DNA of 64,000 nucleotides from Eukaryota sp. TZLM1-RC. Taxonomy: Eukaryota > Protista > Metamonada: BaSk clade. The stretch lies in the NCBI GenBank assembly GCA_040285825.1, contig JAUPSS010000002.1, positions 3,534,001 to 3,598,000 on the forward strand, read 5' to 3'. A program made the translations under genes and the position numbers. The notes under the pieces were generated by a model. That model saw only the letters and a list, made by a program, of their open reading frames with translations, did no database searches and was not told where the DNA came from. Of this stretch, positions 1-12,379 are shown one piece after another (position 1 is the stretch's first letter; each line of letters begins with the position of its first letter).

Positions 1-455
1 TTATCAGAAACCAAAACAACACTGCCCTCAGGAAGTTGTTGGTTGGATTCTTCCATACGATGTATAAACTTCTCGGGAAGGTACTTGGTAGCAAACGATG
101 CCATTGCCTTCCCTGTTCGTTCACCATTGAAATCTGCCACACGTTTATTCTTAGAGCCATAAAACAGTTTGAATGCAGGAACTCCTTGGATCTGGTACTC
201 TCCACATAGAGGGTTTGCACTTTGGTCTTGACAGTTGACCTCTGCAACTTGAATGATGTTTTGTAAAGCAGAGGCCATTTCAGTATAAATTCCAGCTATA
301 TTGCGACAGTGTGGACATCCAGGACTAAAGAACTTGACAAAGACTGGAATAGGAGACTTACTCACAAAGTCGTGGAAGTTCTTCTGGTTCAAGGAAACGA
401 CTGAACACTGTGTGAGTGTGAGCACAAGTAACAAAGAGATGAGAAGTTTGAACAT
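1..455 (-). CDS. Protein disulfide isomerase / thioredoxin-domain ER protein (3' end outside window)
   Basis: Manual translation from ATG at 455: MFKLLISLLLVLTLTQC signal peptide, then VFVKFFSPGCPHC (CxxC), VAEVNC and YQIQGVPAFKLF; open to the window edge. Not in the ORF track. Confidence 0.85.
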   Translation of the reverse strand, partial: MFKLLISLLLVLTLTQCSVVSLNQKNFHDFVSKSPIPVFVKFFSPGCPHCRNIAGIYTEMASALQNIIQVAEVNCQDQSANPLCGEYQIQGVPAFKLFYGSKNKRVADFNGERTGKAMASFATKYLPEKFIHRMEESNQQLPEGSVVLVSD

Positions 456-529
456 AGTTTATGGCAGGGATGACTAAAATGATAAATACTTTACCTTACT
501 TTACCTTACCTTGCTTTTTCAATAAAGTG

Positions 530-1080
530 ATGACTTCTGTGCACTTCTGACAATAGTCTAGGACAACTTCAAACATGTTACTACTTTATCTCACTTGGGT
601 CTGACAAGAGGTGATCTAGTTGTTCCCGGTTTAAATGGTAGTTTTACTATTAGACGCCATGTCTATTGACCCTTGTATTTCCTCTATTGAACATCTCATT
701 AACTCGGATGTAAAAAATCCTCTTCTTGCTGGTGAAAAATACAAAATTGCTAAATATGCGAAACCCATTTCCTCGATTAATGAAAATCGTCATGCCCAAT
801 ATAATTTATATCCCTTTGTTTTTTCTTTGCTTGGATCTCTAGGCTGCTATGGCTTTCCTTGAGGATTTTGATGTAGTTGTAAAGGAAAGAACTGGAAGAA
901 TTTTCAATCGTGTTTACTGGCAAAACAGGATTGTATTTTCTATTTTTAAGGGAATGGTAAAACTAATTTCTGATTCACTCTCTTTTGGGAAATTTTCTGA
1001 ATCTTTAGCAATTATTTGTTTTGATGTAGGGGAGGCAGGTTTTCAGGATGTGGAGTTTCAATTGTGTTTTTTATGATTTT
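530..1080 (+). mobile_element. Decayed 3' end of CRE-like RLE non-LTR retrotransposon (family E)
   Basis: RGDLVVPG, KIAKY, PFVFSLLG and WQNRIVFSIF RLE motifs; same family at 21540-21830 and 58530-58840. Confidence 0.75.
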
Positions 1081-1149
1081 TATTCCTTATTAGATATATA
1101 AAAAAAGTAAGTGCAAAAAAAAGAAGATATTCATAATAATTGACTCCTT

Positions 1150-1965
1150 TTTGACACTTTTACCCAAGGTGAACGAAATTTATCACTCCCGTTGAACGAA
1201 ATAAATCTGAAACACCGAAAAGATGCAAAGAACTTGCAAGATGAATACTTCTTCAATGGTAAGACAGAACGTTGGAATGAAATTTGAAAAAAAAATCTGA
1301 TTCTGAAATGAGAAAAGAATCAAAAAGTGATTTGTGTACACCAGGTGAATTAATGAGTATATTATTGAAAAGGACAAGTTTAGAATGAAAAAATGAACGT
1401 GTTCACCCAAGTTACATATAGATTCAAATAACAGGAAAAAGCAAAAAATCAAGCAAAAGAAAACGAGAAATTAGAGAAAGCAAAGAAATCAAGAGAAGAC
1501 CTGGTCAAATATATAAGTAGTAATGAAACAAGACGTCTAGCAATTGCAGAATTAGTAGAAGCACTAGAAAGTACAACCAACAAGAGGATAAGAAAACGAA
1601 TTTCAAAGCTCTTGGAAAAGGATGAATTGGGCAACTATAAAGTTCGACAAGTAGTTCCATGGGGTTATATGCAGTGTAATCAATGCAAAACGTGCTGAAA
1701 TAGAGAAACTAATTCTACTCTAAATATTCTGATGTTGGCTGAAGAGATTCTGGATGGAAGAGAGAGATTAGAGGTGTTCAAGAAACAACAGTCTCATACC
1801 AATGTTATTGAACCCACTGATACAAGCCTGAATGATGTTGGAAAGGGTTCTGAAGATGATGGTATACCAATGAGTCCGATTCAACAACCTGACCTCAATA
1901 CATTATCACGAGTAGCAAAGCGATGGTTGAGATTTTGGAGTATCTTATACTTTTCATATTTTCAA
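1150..1965 (+). pseudogene. Fanzor1 (TnpB-like) C-terminal remnant plus putative omegaRNA region
   Basis: 1666-1785 reads YMQCNQCKTC*NRETNSTLNILMLAEEILDGRERLEVFK (CxxC, [W]NR[D]xN RuvC-III, RP..F-like tail). Downstream self-complementary pairs ATACCA/TGGTAT, GAACCC/GGGTTC and CTCAA/TTGAG. Confidence 0.6.
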
Positions 1966-1989
1966 TTCTTTACCCAAACACTGAGGACG

Positions 1990-2802
1990 ATGAACACCCC
2001 TTCCAGATTCTCTTCACGTTCTCCTGTTCCTGGTTCTCCCACTGCTAGAAACACTCCCAGTGCTGCTTCTAATCGATTGCTGGAGACAACTTCGCGCCTT
2101 TCTGGCTTCAACAACGATGTTGAAGTTGAAGTTTCTCAACGTAAAAATGAAGAGGAGCGCAAAATACAACAATTCAGAGAGGCCATCTCCCGAAATGAAC
2201 GTAACCTAGCTATGGAGATCCGCAAGCGTCAGGAATCTTCTGCTGCTCTTCAACTCTTAATGGAGAACCAAATCCAACAACTTTCTGAACGTCTTACTGC
2301 CTCGATCAATGACAAAGTCACCACCCTTACTGGATCCATTGAGGCACTCAATGAACGTGTAGGCGTCTGTGAAGCTGAAATCAAGGATGAAAAGGATGCC
2401 CGTGAACATGCTGTCCTTGAAATTACCGCCAGACTTACCCAACGTTTGGACGAACTTGATGAAGCATTAGACTCTCAGCGTACTTCCCATGTAGAGAGAG
2501 ATACTGCTATAATGAAGAAGATTTCTGATGATATTTCCAAAGTACAAAACCAACTCGATGCTGAAAAACTTGCAAGGGAAAATTCGATTTCTCATCTTCG
2601 TGATGATGTCGAGTCCAATCTTCGACTACGAGCAAAAGCAGAGGATTCATTTAGGGTGCGTGTAACAGAAGAATTGGAGGATGTCAGGACCACTGTTGAA
2701 CAAGAGAAGCAATCTAGAGAAACGTCAGAGGAATCATTTTGTAAGGCATTGGATGATGTGGTTTCCCATGTGCAATCAATTATTCAAAAGCTTTCACGGT
2801 AA
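1990..2802 (+). CDS. SF-assemblin / beta-giardin family striated-fibre protein
   Basis: Ser/Pro-rich head plus about 240 aa coiled coil, 270 aa in total; the likely start is ATG 1990 and the ORF-track N-terminal extension is Fanzor-derived. Confidence 0.8.
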   Translation: MNTPSRFSSRSPVPGSPTARNTPSAASNRLLETTSRLSGFNNDVEVEVSQRKNEEERKIQQFREAISRNERNLAMEIRKRQESSAALQLLMENQIQQLSERLTASINDKVTTLTGSIEALNERVGVCEAEIKDEKDAREHAVLEITARLTQRLDELDEALDSQRTSHVERDTAIMKKISDDISKVQNQLDAEKLARENSISHLRDDVESNLRLRAKAEDSFRVRVTEELEDVRTTVEQEKQSRETSEESFCKALDDVVSHVQSIIQKLSR

Positions 2803-2892
2803 GTTCCCACAAGATATTCATCTGTATCATTTATTGGCCATTCCATGGTTATTCTTTGTAATAAAATTTAACTAAAATAGACAATATTTACA

Positions 2893-4186
2893 TTATTTAT
2901 TTACAAATTCAAAGATTGTGGGTTTAATTTCTTTAAAATGTGGAAAGAAATGATCAATTTTTCTTAAGAGAATCACAAAACATTGAAATTGGAGGGCAAA
3001 ATGTTGTCGAGAGACTTCAATCAAAAAAGGTCTTCTGAAGGCTTTTAAAAAATCTACAATGAATTCATCGTCAAATTCATCATCGGCAGGTGACCCCACC
3101 ACATTCTTAAGTTCCAGAAGGTTAACATCAGAGCATGGGGACTGGTTAGTTGGGTTGAGGTCGACATCAGAGAAAAGGAACTGAACAAAAGCAAAACATC
3201 GATCTTGTATTGATATGGGAAACAATGTCTTGATAACATACAGCAGATACCGAAGCACCATGTCCTCTGGGACCCTCTCTTCTTCCTTGTGGATGTCTAT
3301 GTTAGGTGACACTTGCTGACATTCCCTTACATTGTTAAACACATCGAGATTGATCAATTCATCAGCAGAGGGTCTCTTCTTCCTATCCAAGGAAAGCATC
3401 CTCTCAACAATGGTAGCTAACTCTATAGGAACGTTTGGATTGATGTCCAGAACACTTAGATGCTCCCCTTTCAGAACTTTCTCTTTTACTTCAACAGTTC
3501 GCGTTCCTGGAAAAGGATGCTCCAAGGTCATTAGCTCATAGTATACCACTCCCAAAGAGTACACATCCGCACTATAATCATACCTTGAACCAAGAAATAT
3601 CTCGGGACTGCTAAAATGAGCAAGTTGTAATGTCGTACCTATATAAAGGCGTCCCAACCATTGTTTGATGTGCATCGCTTGTCAACTCCTTCGCCAGTCC
3701 CAAATCCGAAATATACACATGTATAGGATGCATTGAACTTATCAGAATATTACTACTGGATACATCTCGATGTAGATACCCATTTTGATGAAGAAAAGCC
3801 ACTGCGGATGTAACTTGTTTTAGGATATTAATAATAATGTCATTATCAATAAACTTTTCTTGTTTTTTTATAAAGTCATATAGAGAACCCTTATTGCAGA
3901 ATGGCATTAGAATATCAATAGAATCTGTAAGAACATTAGCTCCCTTGATTGGGATAATATGATTGTGGTTTAAAGATGAGAGCAAATCTACTTCTCTTTT
4001 GCATCGATATCTATCATCCTCTTTCATGTGTGTTGTGAGCATGTTCTTCAGGGCGTAATATGTGCCAGTACGACGACAAGAGAGTAGGTAGACTACACTA
4101 AATGCACCACGACCTAAGACGACAGGTTTTCCAGAGTCACTATGTGTTACGAATTCGTATTCCTTGAGATTGATCTCATGAGACAT
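2893..4186 (-). CDS. NEK-like Ser/Thr protein kinase; one 28-nt intron (3611-3638)
   Basis: LGRGAFSVV, ALK, HRDVSSSN, DLG; removing GTACGA...CTCATTTTAG joins GTPLYSSPE and links the two track ORFs. Confidence 0.85.
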
Positions 4187-4429
4187 AGAGGTGAAATGAA
4201 GGTAAAATAAAAGAAGAAAGATACTTGATATTAAGAAGAGATAAGTTGCCTTCAAACATTAATTGATTGAGTAGATCAGAATCATCTATCCTCTTTCTCT
4301 CCCTTTCTTCTATATTATTCTCTCGTCTCGAAAAGACTAATTGTTTAGTTGCAGCTGTAGATAAGTTTGGTGCTCTTTGTTATTCAAAAATTGACCACAA
4401 ATTTACAACTAACTCTTTCTAGAAAATCA

Positions 4430-5850
4430 ATGATTTTGAACTTCCTTTGTTGATAAATAAAGAAAAGCCCTTCAAAGTGTAACGTAAACAATACCCAACA
4501 GATGCTGGTAAAGCCTCAGTATTTCAAATTATGTTTTGTCAATGATTGAAGATATGATAAAACATCTCCAGGTTCACACATCGCTACCCACCATGAAGGC
4601 AAAAATGATTGAAATATGTTTTCTGCAATTTTTACGTTGGTATTCACAAGTACATGAATTACCAATCACATTTACTGAAACTTCTATTACCTCACAATTG
4701 AGTAGAACGTTGAAATCATGGCTAGGAGTCACTAGCACCGCTAATATGGAATATATCTATTTACCCAAAGGGTGGTTTTGTTTTTCCCAATCTTACCCTA
4801 TGGTATACGGAATGTCAAATTCAGAAATCTTACATTTTGCAAAAAAATGATCTTGACTTGACAAATTTAATTGGAATGTTGAAACAAAAAAGATCTATTT
4901 AGAAACCAAAATTTAATACAATTGAAAAGCTGGAGAAAGATTCTCTCATTGGTTGAAGAAAGAATCGATTGACAAATGCCCCAATTCGTAAAAAAATTAT
5001 TTCCAAATTAGAATAATGAAATTCAAAAAAGAAGCGACACATTCATGGAGTGTAAAGTAGATTCTTCAATGAACAATGTCATATAATATGACTCATATTA
5101 AACTCGGAAATTTTGAACGCTGATCATCACTGGCTGTCCATGTTGATTGGTCTACCTCCTAGAATCTTTAAGTTTGCAATCAATTCTTCTTTGCATTTTT
5201 TTTCTACTGCTGATAACCTTTGTCGGCGGAAAATTTGTGGGAATTTGCCTAATGAATCAAAACTAATGTCTCTAGTGTGCTCATTACGTCAATCAGGACC
5301 TGCCACGTTGTGTCACTGTTTATGCAGTTGTCCAAGTTCTCAATTCCCTGAAATACAAAATAGCCCTAAATGGAAACATAATTCAATTTTAAATAGTTTT
5401 TTTAACCACTTACTTCCTTTCCTAAATCGTTATGATGTTCGATGCGATTTACCTTATCACACAAATCATTACGTAAATTCTCCTTTGGTTGTGACTGAAT
5501 TAAGACCTGATCTAATTCTTATCTCAAAAAACATGGATGACTCAAGAATGGATATAGTCTTGTTTTTTGAGCTAACAACACCGATGAACCATCATTTAGC
5601 TAGTAGACATACATTAAAAAGTACGAAATATCAGAGTCTTTAATTGTTATTATCATATTTTGATTTTTGGTTGAATCGTTTCCTTTTGAAGTTTCAGCAA
5701 GTGAAATAGTTGTTACTACCTGCATTTCATTGATCAAAAGTTTACTCATTCCAAAGTCTAGATGAAAACCATCTGTAAAGAATTAGCATTTCAAGCGCCC
5801 AATTGCTTTTGTTGTATCCTTTCTGCTAGCAAATCTCGTATATGGTGATC
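4430..5850 (+). mobile_element. Decayed RLE non-LTR retrotransposon of a different clade (HERO/NeSL/R4-like C-terminus)
   Basis: TLCHCLCSCP zinc knuckle, WKHNSIL, LRPDLIL, FELTTP and KY endonuclease motifs in ORF 5113-5643; flanks broken by stops. Confidence 0.65.
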
Positions 5851-6551
5851 TCATGATGGTAGAATGATAAAAACACCATCGGTGGGGGTTTAAATGTGTT
5901 GCAAGCTCTTTTAAAGCTGATTGTTAATATGAAAAATTGGTTTTTTATTAATAAAACGTGTTTTAAATATAGCTAAGAATTTCTCTTGATTGCATTTCCA
6001 TAGTACTTATGGCTAACAAATGTCTTTTCATCAGAACCTAGGTAACAACGAAGAAAGAATAAAGTAGCGGATAAATGAAGAGATTTCCAAAGAAGTAATA
6101 ATCAAGTTTTGGAATGTATTGAATTTAAGACCAATTGATTGATACAATGTAGTCACATCATTAACAATCCTTTGAATTGTATTTTTTGGTCCTTTACATT
6201 TTGCAATTTAGCATATATTTATATCAGAGTTAATCAGTCACAACAGAGTTAATAGTGAAAGTCTTTTCTTCTGAGTAGCTTACATAACATCGTAGCCTTC
6301 AAAAAGCCAAATTGGTTACAAAATGTTGAAAACTCTTTCGCCACCCAAAGAAGAAATGCATCCAGTGAATTGAGAGCATTTGAGAGCATTTCTCTTATGT
6401 ATCAGATATCAAAAGTTCATTACTGACACCGTTACACTACAATCAAGAAAGTTTGTTGTTACATATTTGAAAGTGTCTTGTTGTTTGAGAAAGTTTTATA
6501 TAAACTCATATTCTAGCTAAATTTTTAAATTTTCATTATTTGTACTGACTT

Positions 6552-7364
6552 TTATTGACTTAAAACATTCTCAACCCTACTTGCAATTTCTTCCACTTCT
6601 AGTCTACACTGTCCATCAACAGCTGACACCCTTCTCCTCTCTTCAATTCCCTTCATTACATCACCATCATGAAAGGCAACAGTGCCAGCGTTCCACAAAA
6701 TAGAATTATTGTTTGGCCATTTACGCTGAGATAAATGTATCATTTCATTTGCCTTTGATGTATTTCCTTGCAATAAAAGCGATAAAACCATAAATTGAGC
6801 AAGTACAGGAGAATCAATCAAACCCATTGATGACGTGACCGTATAAACATCACAAATATCTAGAATTAGATCAGACAATTCTTGGTGGTTTTCCTGGGCA
6901 GCAGCAACATAAGCACGAGCCAGAAGGGACAGAATATTATCAGGGTGCTCCGACTTCATCTGTTGGGCTATGGAGTGTGCAACGTCGTCTCTCTTCATGG
7001 CAACAAGGGTGTGTACAAGGAGGAACCGGCACTCGGGATGTGGGGTTGTTGCGAGTAATGAGTATGATTGATCGTAGTTTTGTTCTGCGATATAAATGGA
7101 TGACTGTACAATGAGTGAAAGAGGTGTGTAGACTTCAGAGATTGAATCTAGAGATGATTGGAAGTCCTTCGATTTGAGGTAACGTGCATAAGCTGACAGT
7201 ACCCGGGAATCATCATCCTTAGATTTAGATAAGTCTGAAAGAACAAGATCAACTTGTCCGAGGGCAAGTCTTGATCTATGAAGAATGGCATCATCACCTG
7301 TCTGCTGAGCTTCAGCTACAGCTTGATTGTAATTGCCTAGGTAGAACAGAGCTAAAGTAGTCAT
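6552..7364 (-). CDS. COPE: Coatomer subunit epsilon
   Basis: N-terminal LFYLGNYNQAV motif, TPR-like helical fold, 270 aa. Confidence 0.75.
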   Translation of the reverse strand: MTTLALFYLGNYNQAVAEAQQTGDDAILHRSRLALGQVDLVLSDLSKSKDDDSRVLSAYARYLKSKDFQSSLDSISEVYTPLSLIVQSSIYIAEQNYDQSYSLLATTPHPECRFLLVHTLVAMKRDDVAHSIAQQMKSEHPDNILSLLARAYVAAAQENHQELSDLILDICDVYTVTSSMGLIDSPVLAQFMVLSLLLQGNTSKANEMIHLSQRKWPNNNSILWNAGTVAFHDGDVMKGIEERRRVSAVDGQCRLEVEEIASRVENVLSQ

Positions 7365-7391
7365 TGAAACAGATATTGTCTATAACAATGA

Positions 7392-8900
7392 AATAAGTGT
7401 CCTTTTTACACCAATTTATAGGGTTTGAGTTTTTGAGAAGTGGAAGATTATCTCCATGATACTTTTTTCTTTGAACCTTTGTCAACCTTGGCTCTTTCTA
7501 GGTATTTCGGTCTATCTCCACCTTTTACATGTGCTTCCATCACTGCCAACATATTCAGCGAAGGATTTCGATCTCTATTCCACAAACTTTCGCATGATTT
7601 ACACATGGTAAGCCCGTGACGAATAGACATCTCATGCCTCTTTTATGGCCTAGGATTTCTGCACCATCGGAATACCTCAACTGTTTTCTCCAGTTGAAAC
7701 ATCTGCAACTGGTTCGAAACCCATCAATCAAAAAGACCTTATAACCAGCCTTTTTAAATAGAATTCTCAAACCTTTTCCTTTAGTAGGTTCTTTGAATTT
7801 CATGTGTTTTCGTTGTTCCCAGTCTTCAATTCCGATAACTACTTGACTTGGATCACCAATTACTGATTTGAATCTCTGAATCATCTTCGCCTCAGATCTT
7901 GTGCGATTAATCTCAGTCCACCATCTTAGTTTCCTAAATATTTTTTGATGATAGACTTCACCAACAATACTATTCACATAATTCTTTTGTTTAATATATG
8001 CCATAAATCTATCAAACCTGCAGCTTTTGCAATTGAATTGGGATAAAGTTGCTTCCCATTCTGCTACAGGTTTAGTTTTTTGTTCAGTGTTACTCAAATT
8101 CAATGAGTAATCAATTTTGTGGGGAATATTGATTTCTTGAGGCACTTTTCCTCTTAATAAACTAATTGTTCTTTCAGACATTTGATTAATTATACTGCTG
8201 TTTAAATCCATCCTTTGTTGTTGCTCTTCAGATGGTTCATAATTGGATAGATCAGTCACTCTACCAGTGGAGTCACTTATTGTGATAAGAGTGTCATTCC
8301 GTATGCTGTCTCTTATTTTTTTGAATTTGGAACTTTTCGACTCAAATATTCGTTCATTTTGAGTGTACCTGAAATGAACATATTTATCTCTCTCAGGTTT
8401 TTTTGAATGAGTCATTCCAGTAGCTAAATTCGCAGAAAAATAGAGTAGATCAAATTTCCCAGGGTCATATCTTGAAATTCAGAAGGATTGATGCTGGGGT
8501 CATCAATATATTTTTCTTTATCTTTCATTTCTTTTGCGGTTACTTTGTACTTTTTCAAGTCAATTCTAGATTGAATGAAATTTACTGCTATTCCATCAGT
8601 CTCGATACTAGACATGATGTACTTGGAACTTTCTGAATAAAGTTTAGTGTTTTTAATCTTATCCATTTTCAAAAAGGTTTTCATAAAACCAAATCAGCAG
8701 CTTGATGATGGTATTGGTAGGACAAACCTGTGACCAAGAATGTCCTTGAATTGGACAAAAAACAAGTCCAATAAACTTGTCTTATCAATTCTGATATACG
8801 AGGGAATACAGGAATTCTTCAAAGGCAGAGCATGAAAGAGTTTGCTCTCCTCTTCATCTAAATAATTATTAATATAAAACGTTGCCCTCAAATACAAATT
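7392..8900 (-). pseudogene. Fanzor1 (eukaryotic TnpB) element, frameshifted, with right end/omegaRNA at about 7392-7500
   Basis: Collinear fragments: ALPLKNSCIPSYIRID, SIETDGIAV, KLRWW, VIGIEDW..KEPTKGKGLR..GYKVFLIDGFRTSCRC, CKSCESLWNRDRNPSLN..RPKYLER. The RuvC-I Asp region is deleted and the RuvC-II Glu is Gly. Confidence 0.85.
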
Positions 8901-8917
8901 TGATTTTGATGAAAAAT

Positions 8918-11515
8918 GAAGAGGTGATGTATACTGTGATTGGATATACCGAGAAATTAAGTAAAATTTTTGAAGACAAATGCTTTGACAACAAATGGTC
9001 CAAGGCTTTGTCAGCTTTAAGTCCCGGAGTTAAAGCACCGAACAATGAAAATACAATAGATAAACTGAAAATACTTCATCCTTATGAAGACCCTATAATG
9101 GATCAAAATTTTTACGGCACATACTGGGAAAATTATCCATTGATGCCATCAGAAGTTTTTTCGGTTATCAAAAAGAGACCTCGTGGTAAGTCTGCCGGAC
9201 TTTCTGGTATTACTATTGATCATGTAAAAGCCGCGATTATTTCTTCAGAAGATTGCATTGGTTTATTGACCAAATTTTTCAACCAAATATTATCTGGTCA
9301 ACGCAAATACCCAGAAGAATTAAGAAGTTCTCGTTTGACTGCACTTGTCAAAAATTCAAAAATGGATGTTCGTCCTATTGCAGTCTCTGAGAGCTTACAC
9401 AATATTTTTTCTGCGTGTTGCTTGAGCAGGTTCAATGAGAAAGCTAAAAAGATTTTATTACCCTTTCAATATGGTATAAATACTACAGATGGAGTCTCTT
9501 CAGCGATTTTTGCTACTGATGTCTTATTTCGTCAAAATGAATCCAATGTTTGCATGTCATTGGATTTTAGTAATGCTTTCAATTCACTAAGTCGTCGCAG
9601 TATCCATGGTGCTCTATTGCAATATATGCCTGAATAAATGCCGTATTTTCAATCAACATATAGCACATATTCTAATTTACATTTTGGTAATTGCATTTTG
9701 AGTTCATCAAGTGGTGTAAAGCAAGGAGATCCGTTAGGACCTCTTTTGTTTTGTTTGGCCATTCATCCTATTTTATGGCAAATTCAGGAGATGCTTCCTT
9801 CGCTGAAAATGATTGCATATATGGATGATGTTGTGCTTATTGGTGATTTAAATAGTGTGAAACAAGCAACTGTATGTTTAAAGAATTATTTACCAATATT
9901 GGTCTCCGACTTAATTTACTTAAATGTGTTTTGTTATCGAATTCTCCAGTTTCCACAATAATTGATGATATTGAAATTCAAGCCAAATTATATTCAATTG
10001 ATGCTATTCGTCATTTGGGTTTGTTTTTAGGAAATAATGATGAAATTACCAAAAAATTGTTTGAAAAGTTGAACTCAATTTCTGACAAAATTGACCGAAT
10101 GATGAATTTAGATATAAAAAAACACATCAAATTTACCATTATAAGACTGTGTTTTAGTTCCAATTTTAATCATATATTTCGATCTACAAATCCTCTCGTC
10201 ACTAGACCTTTGGCTCAAAAGTTTAATGAGTTACGTGCAAAAGTTCTGTCTCAATTACTGGGATGTAAAATGTTTCAAATTCCAGATCATGCTTACCTTA
10301 GTCCACATTATGGTGGTTTAGGGTGGACGAAGGCTTCTGTTCTTACCTCGTGTGCTTTTGTTGGTGGATGCAGAAATGCAATCTTTGAGTTTTCCGAAAG
10401 ATTTGCAGATTGGGAAGATTTATTGATGACAACGCAAAGTTCCACTGTTTTTGCATTAAATGAAGAAATTTCAAGAATTGATGTAGAAAAATGGGGTCGA
10501 TGTTTTCCCCAATCATTCAATGGCAATATTCCAGAAAAAAATGTTTTAAATTTGAAGTACACTCTTCGAACATTACAGAAACGATTGACTGGAATGTATG
10601 ATAAAGATCTTTATAATAATATATGCAGCTCGGCTGTGTTAAATCAAGATCTTCACTCATTGTTATTGGAAAAGGGTGTTTGTGAAAATAAGTCGTCAGA
10701 TTCTTCACTGTTTGTAACTATTGTACCACGAAGATTTGGATTGTGTGCCACTAATGAAGCATTTGTAACAAAAATGAGATTATATTTGAATATCCCCATT
10801 AATCAATTATTATCAAAAGAAAAATGTATTTGTTCGAATTCACCTCAACTCACTTTGCGCCATGCTCTAAATTGTTCTACATTGATAACTTATCGTTCTT
10901 CATTACATAATGCTGTTAGAGACACTGTTTTCAATATGGCACAAACTGCAAGAATATCGTGTATCAAAGAGCCCCTGCTGAAGGAAACACTTTCTCTGAA
11001 TAATTTTGGTTCTGATGATAGAGGTGATGTATACTGTGATTGGATTGATAATTCTGAAGCTATTGTTGACTTTGTCTCATGTAATGTTGCAAACGATACT
11101 TTGGTTCACAGAAGAAAACTTAATCCTGTGGCTGCTCTGGATTTTAAAGCAAAAGAAAAACATAGAAAATATGATAAAGAAATTGAAGATGCAAATGTCG
11201 ATAGAAATACACAGCTGGTTTTTATTGCTTTCCCATTTTCGATAAATGGAAGATTATCAGTTGAAGCAGAAACTTTTTTGGATGACTTCCAAAAAATGGT
11301 GAAAGAAAAAACAATGAAAAGATTTGATATTTTTTTATGGCGTTCACGGATTCAATTTGCCATTATTAATAGATTACCGCGGTTTTTCAATCGAATTAGA
11401 GAAGCTTTAGCTAGACAGCAAGCAAATCAAGATTTTGTAGAGGAAATCTTGGTTTAATGATAGTCGTCCCATTAGTTATGATTTAATTTAATCAAGTGTG
11501 CAAATTCAATAAATA
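8918..11515 (+). mobile_element. CRE-like RLE non-LTR retrotransposon family A, 5'-truncated (stop at 9635, frameshift near 9880)
   Basis: RT motifs RPIAV, DFSNAFN, GVKQGDPLGP, YMDD; CxC..HxxNC knuckle; RGD..D..K..KY..PF endonuclease; 3'UTR ends ...CAAATTCAATAAAT. Confidence 0.9.
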
Positions 11516-11516
11516 C

Positions 11517-12003
11517 GATGTATGTGATTGGATTGATAATTCTGAAGTTATTGTTTATTTTGTCTCATGTAATGTTGCAAATGATACTTTGGTTCAAAGA
11601 AGAAAACTTAATCCTGTGGCTGCTCTGGATTTTAAAGCAAAAGAGAAACATAGAAAATATGATAAAGATATTGAAGAGGCTAATGTCGATAGAAATACAC
11701 AGCTGGTTTTTATTGCTTTCCCATTTTCGATAAATGGAAGATTATCAGTTGAAGCAGAAACTTTTTTGGATGATTTCCAAAAAATGGTGCAAGAAAAGAC
11801 AATGAAAAGATTTGATATTTTTTTATGGCGTTCACGGATTCAATTTGCCATTATTAATAGATTACCTCGGTTTTTCAATCGAATAAGAGAAGCTTTAGCT
11901 AGACAGCAAGCAGATCAAGATTTTGTAGAGGAAATCTTGGTTCAATGATAGTCGTCCCATTAGTTATGAGTTAATTTAATTCAGTGTGCAAATTCAATAA
12001 ATT
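11517..12003 (+). mobile_element. Family A 3'-end copy in direct tandem
   Basis: Near-identical to 11035-11515 and begins directly after the preceding tail. Confidence 0.9.
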
Positions 12004-12379
12004 TTTAAGAATGAAAAATCAAATTTTGAATAATTTTCCCTTTTGGAAGAGGTATCCGGTCATTCATGAAAAGCGAAGTAATTGATGAGACTTTTTTTCT
12101 CATTGCAGAAGTTTCGATATCAATATCTCTACATCCTTCTAGAAGGAGAGATTTTACTTTGTTGATGAATGATGAGAAGTTTTTCTCATCCTGTTTTTCA
12201 GAACATTGTTGTTTCTCTTAACATCATAGAAAACATCAACAAACCGATCCAAGTAATCAAAGTAATGCTCCTGTTACATCAATGTTCAATTCATTTTTTG
12301 TTGATTTTTCTACAAGATTTTTCTAAACTTTGGAAATTTTGCCATTTTGATTTAACGGAAATTATTTATTTTCAAACGC

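Noticed and set aside
3611-3675. Apparent programmed frameshifts in the kinase and p24 genes
   Set aside because: Fully explained by 28- and 32-nt GT-AG introns.
9635-9637. In-frame stops in RT ORFs suggesting stop-codon reassignment
   Set aside because: The paralog at 34680 has TCA here, and host genes end normally in TAA, TAG and TGA.
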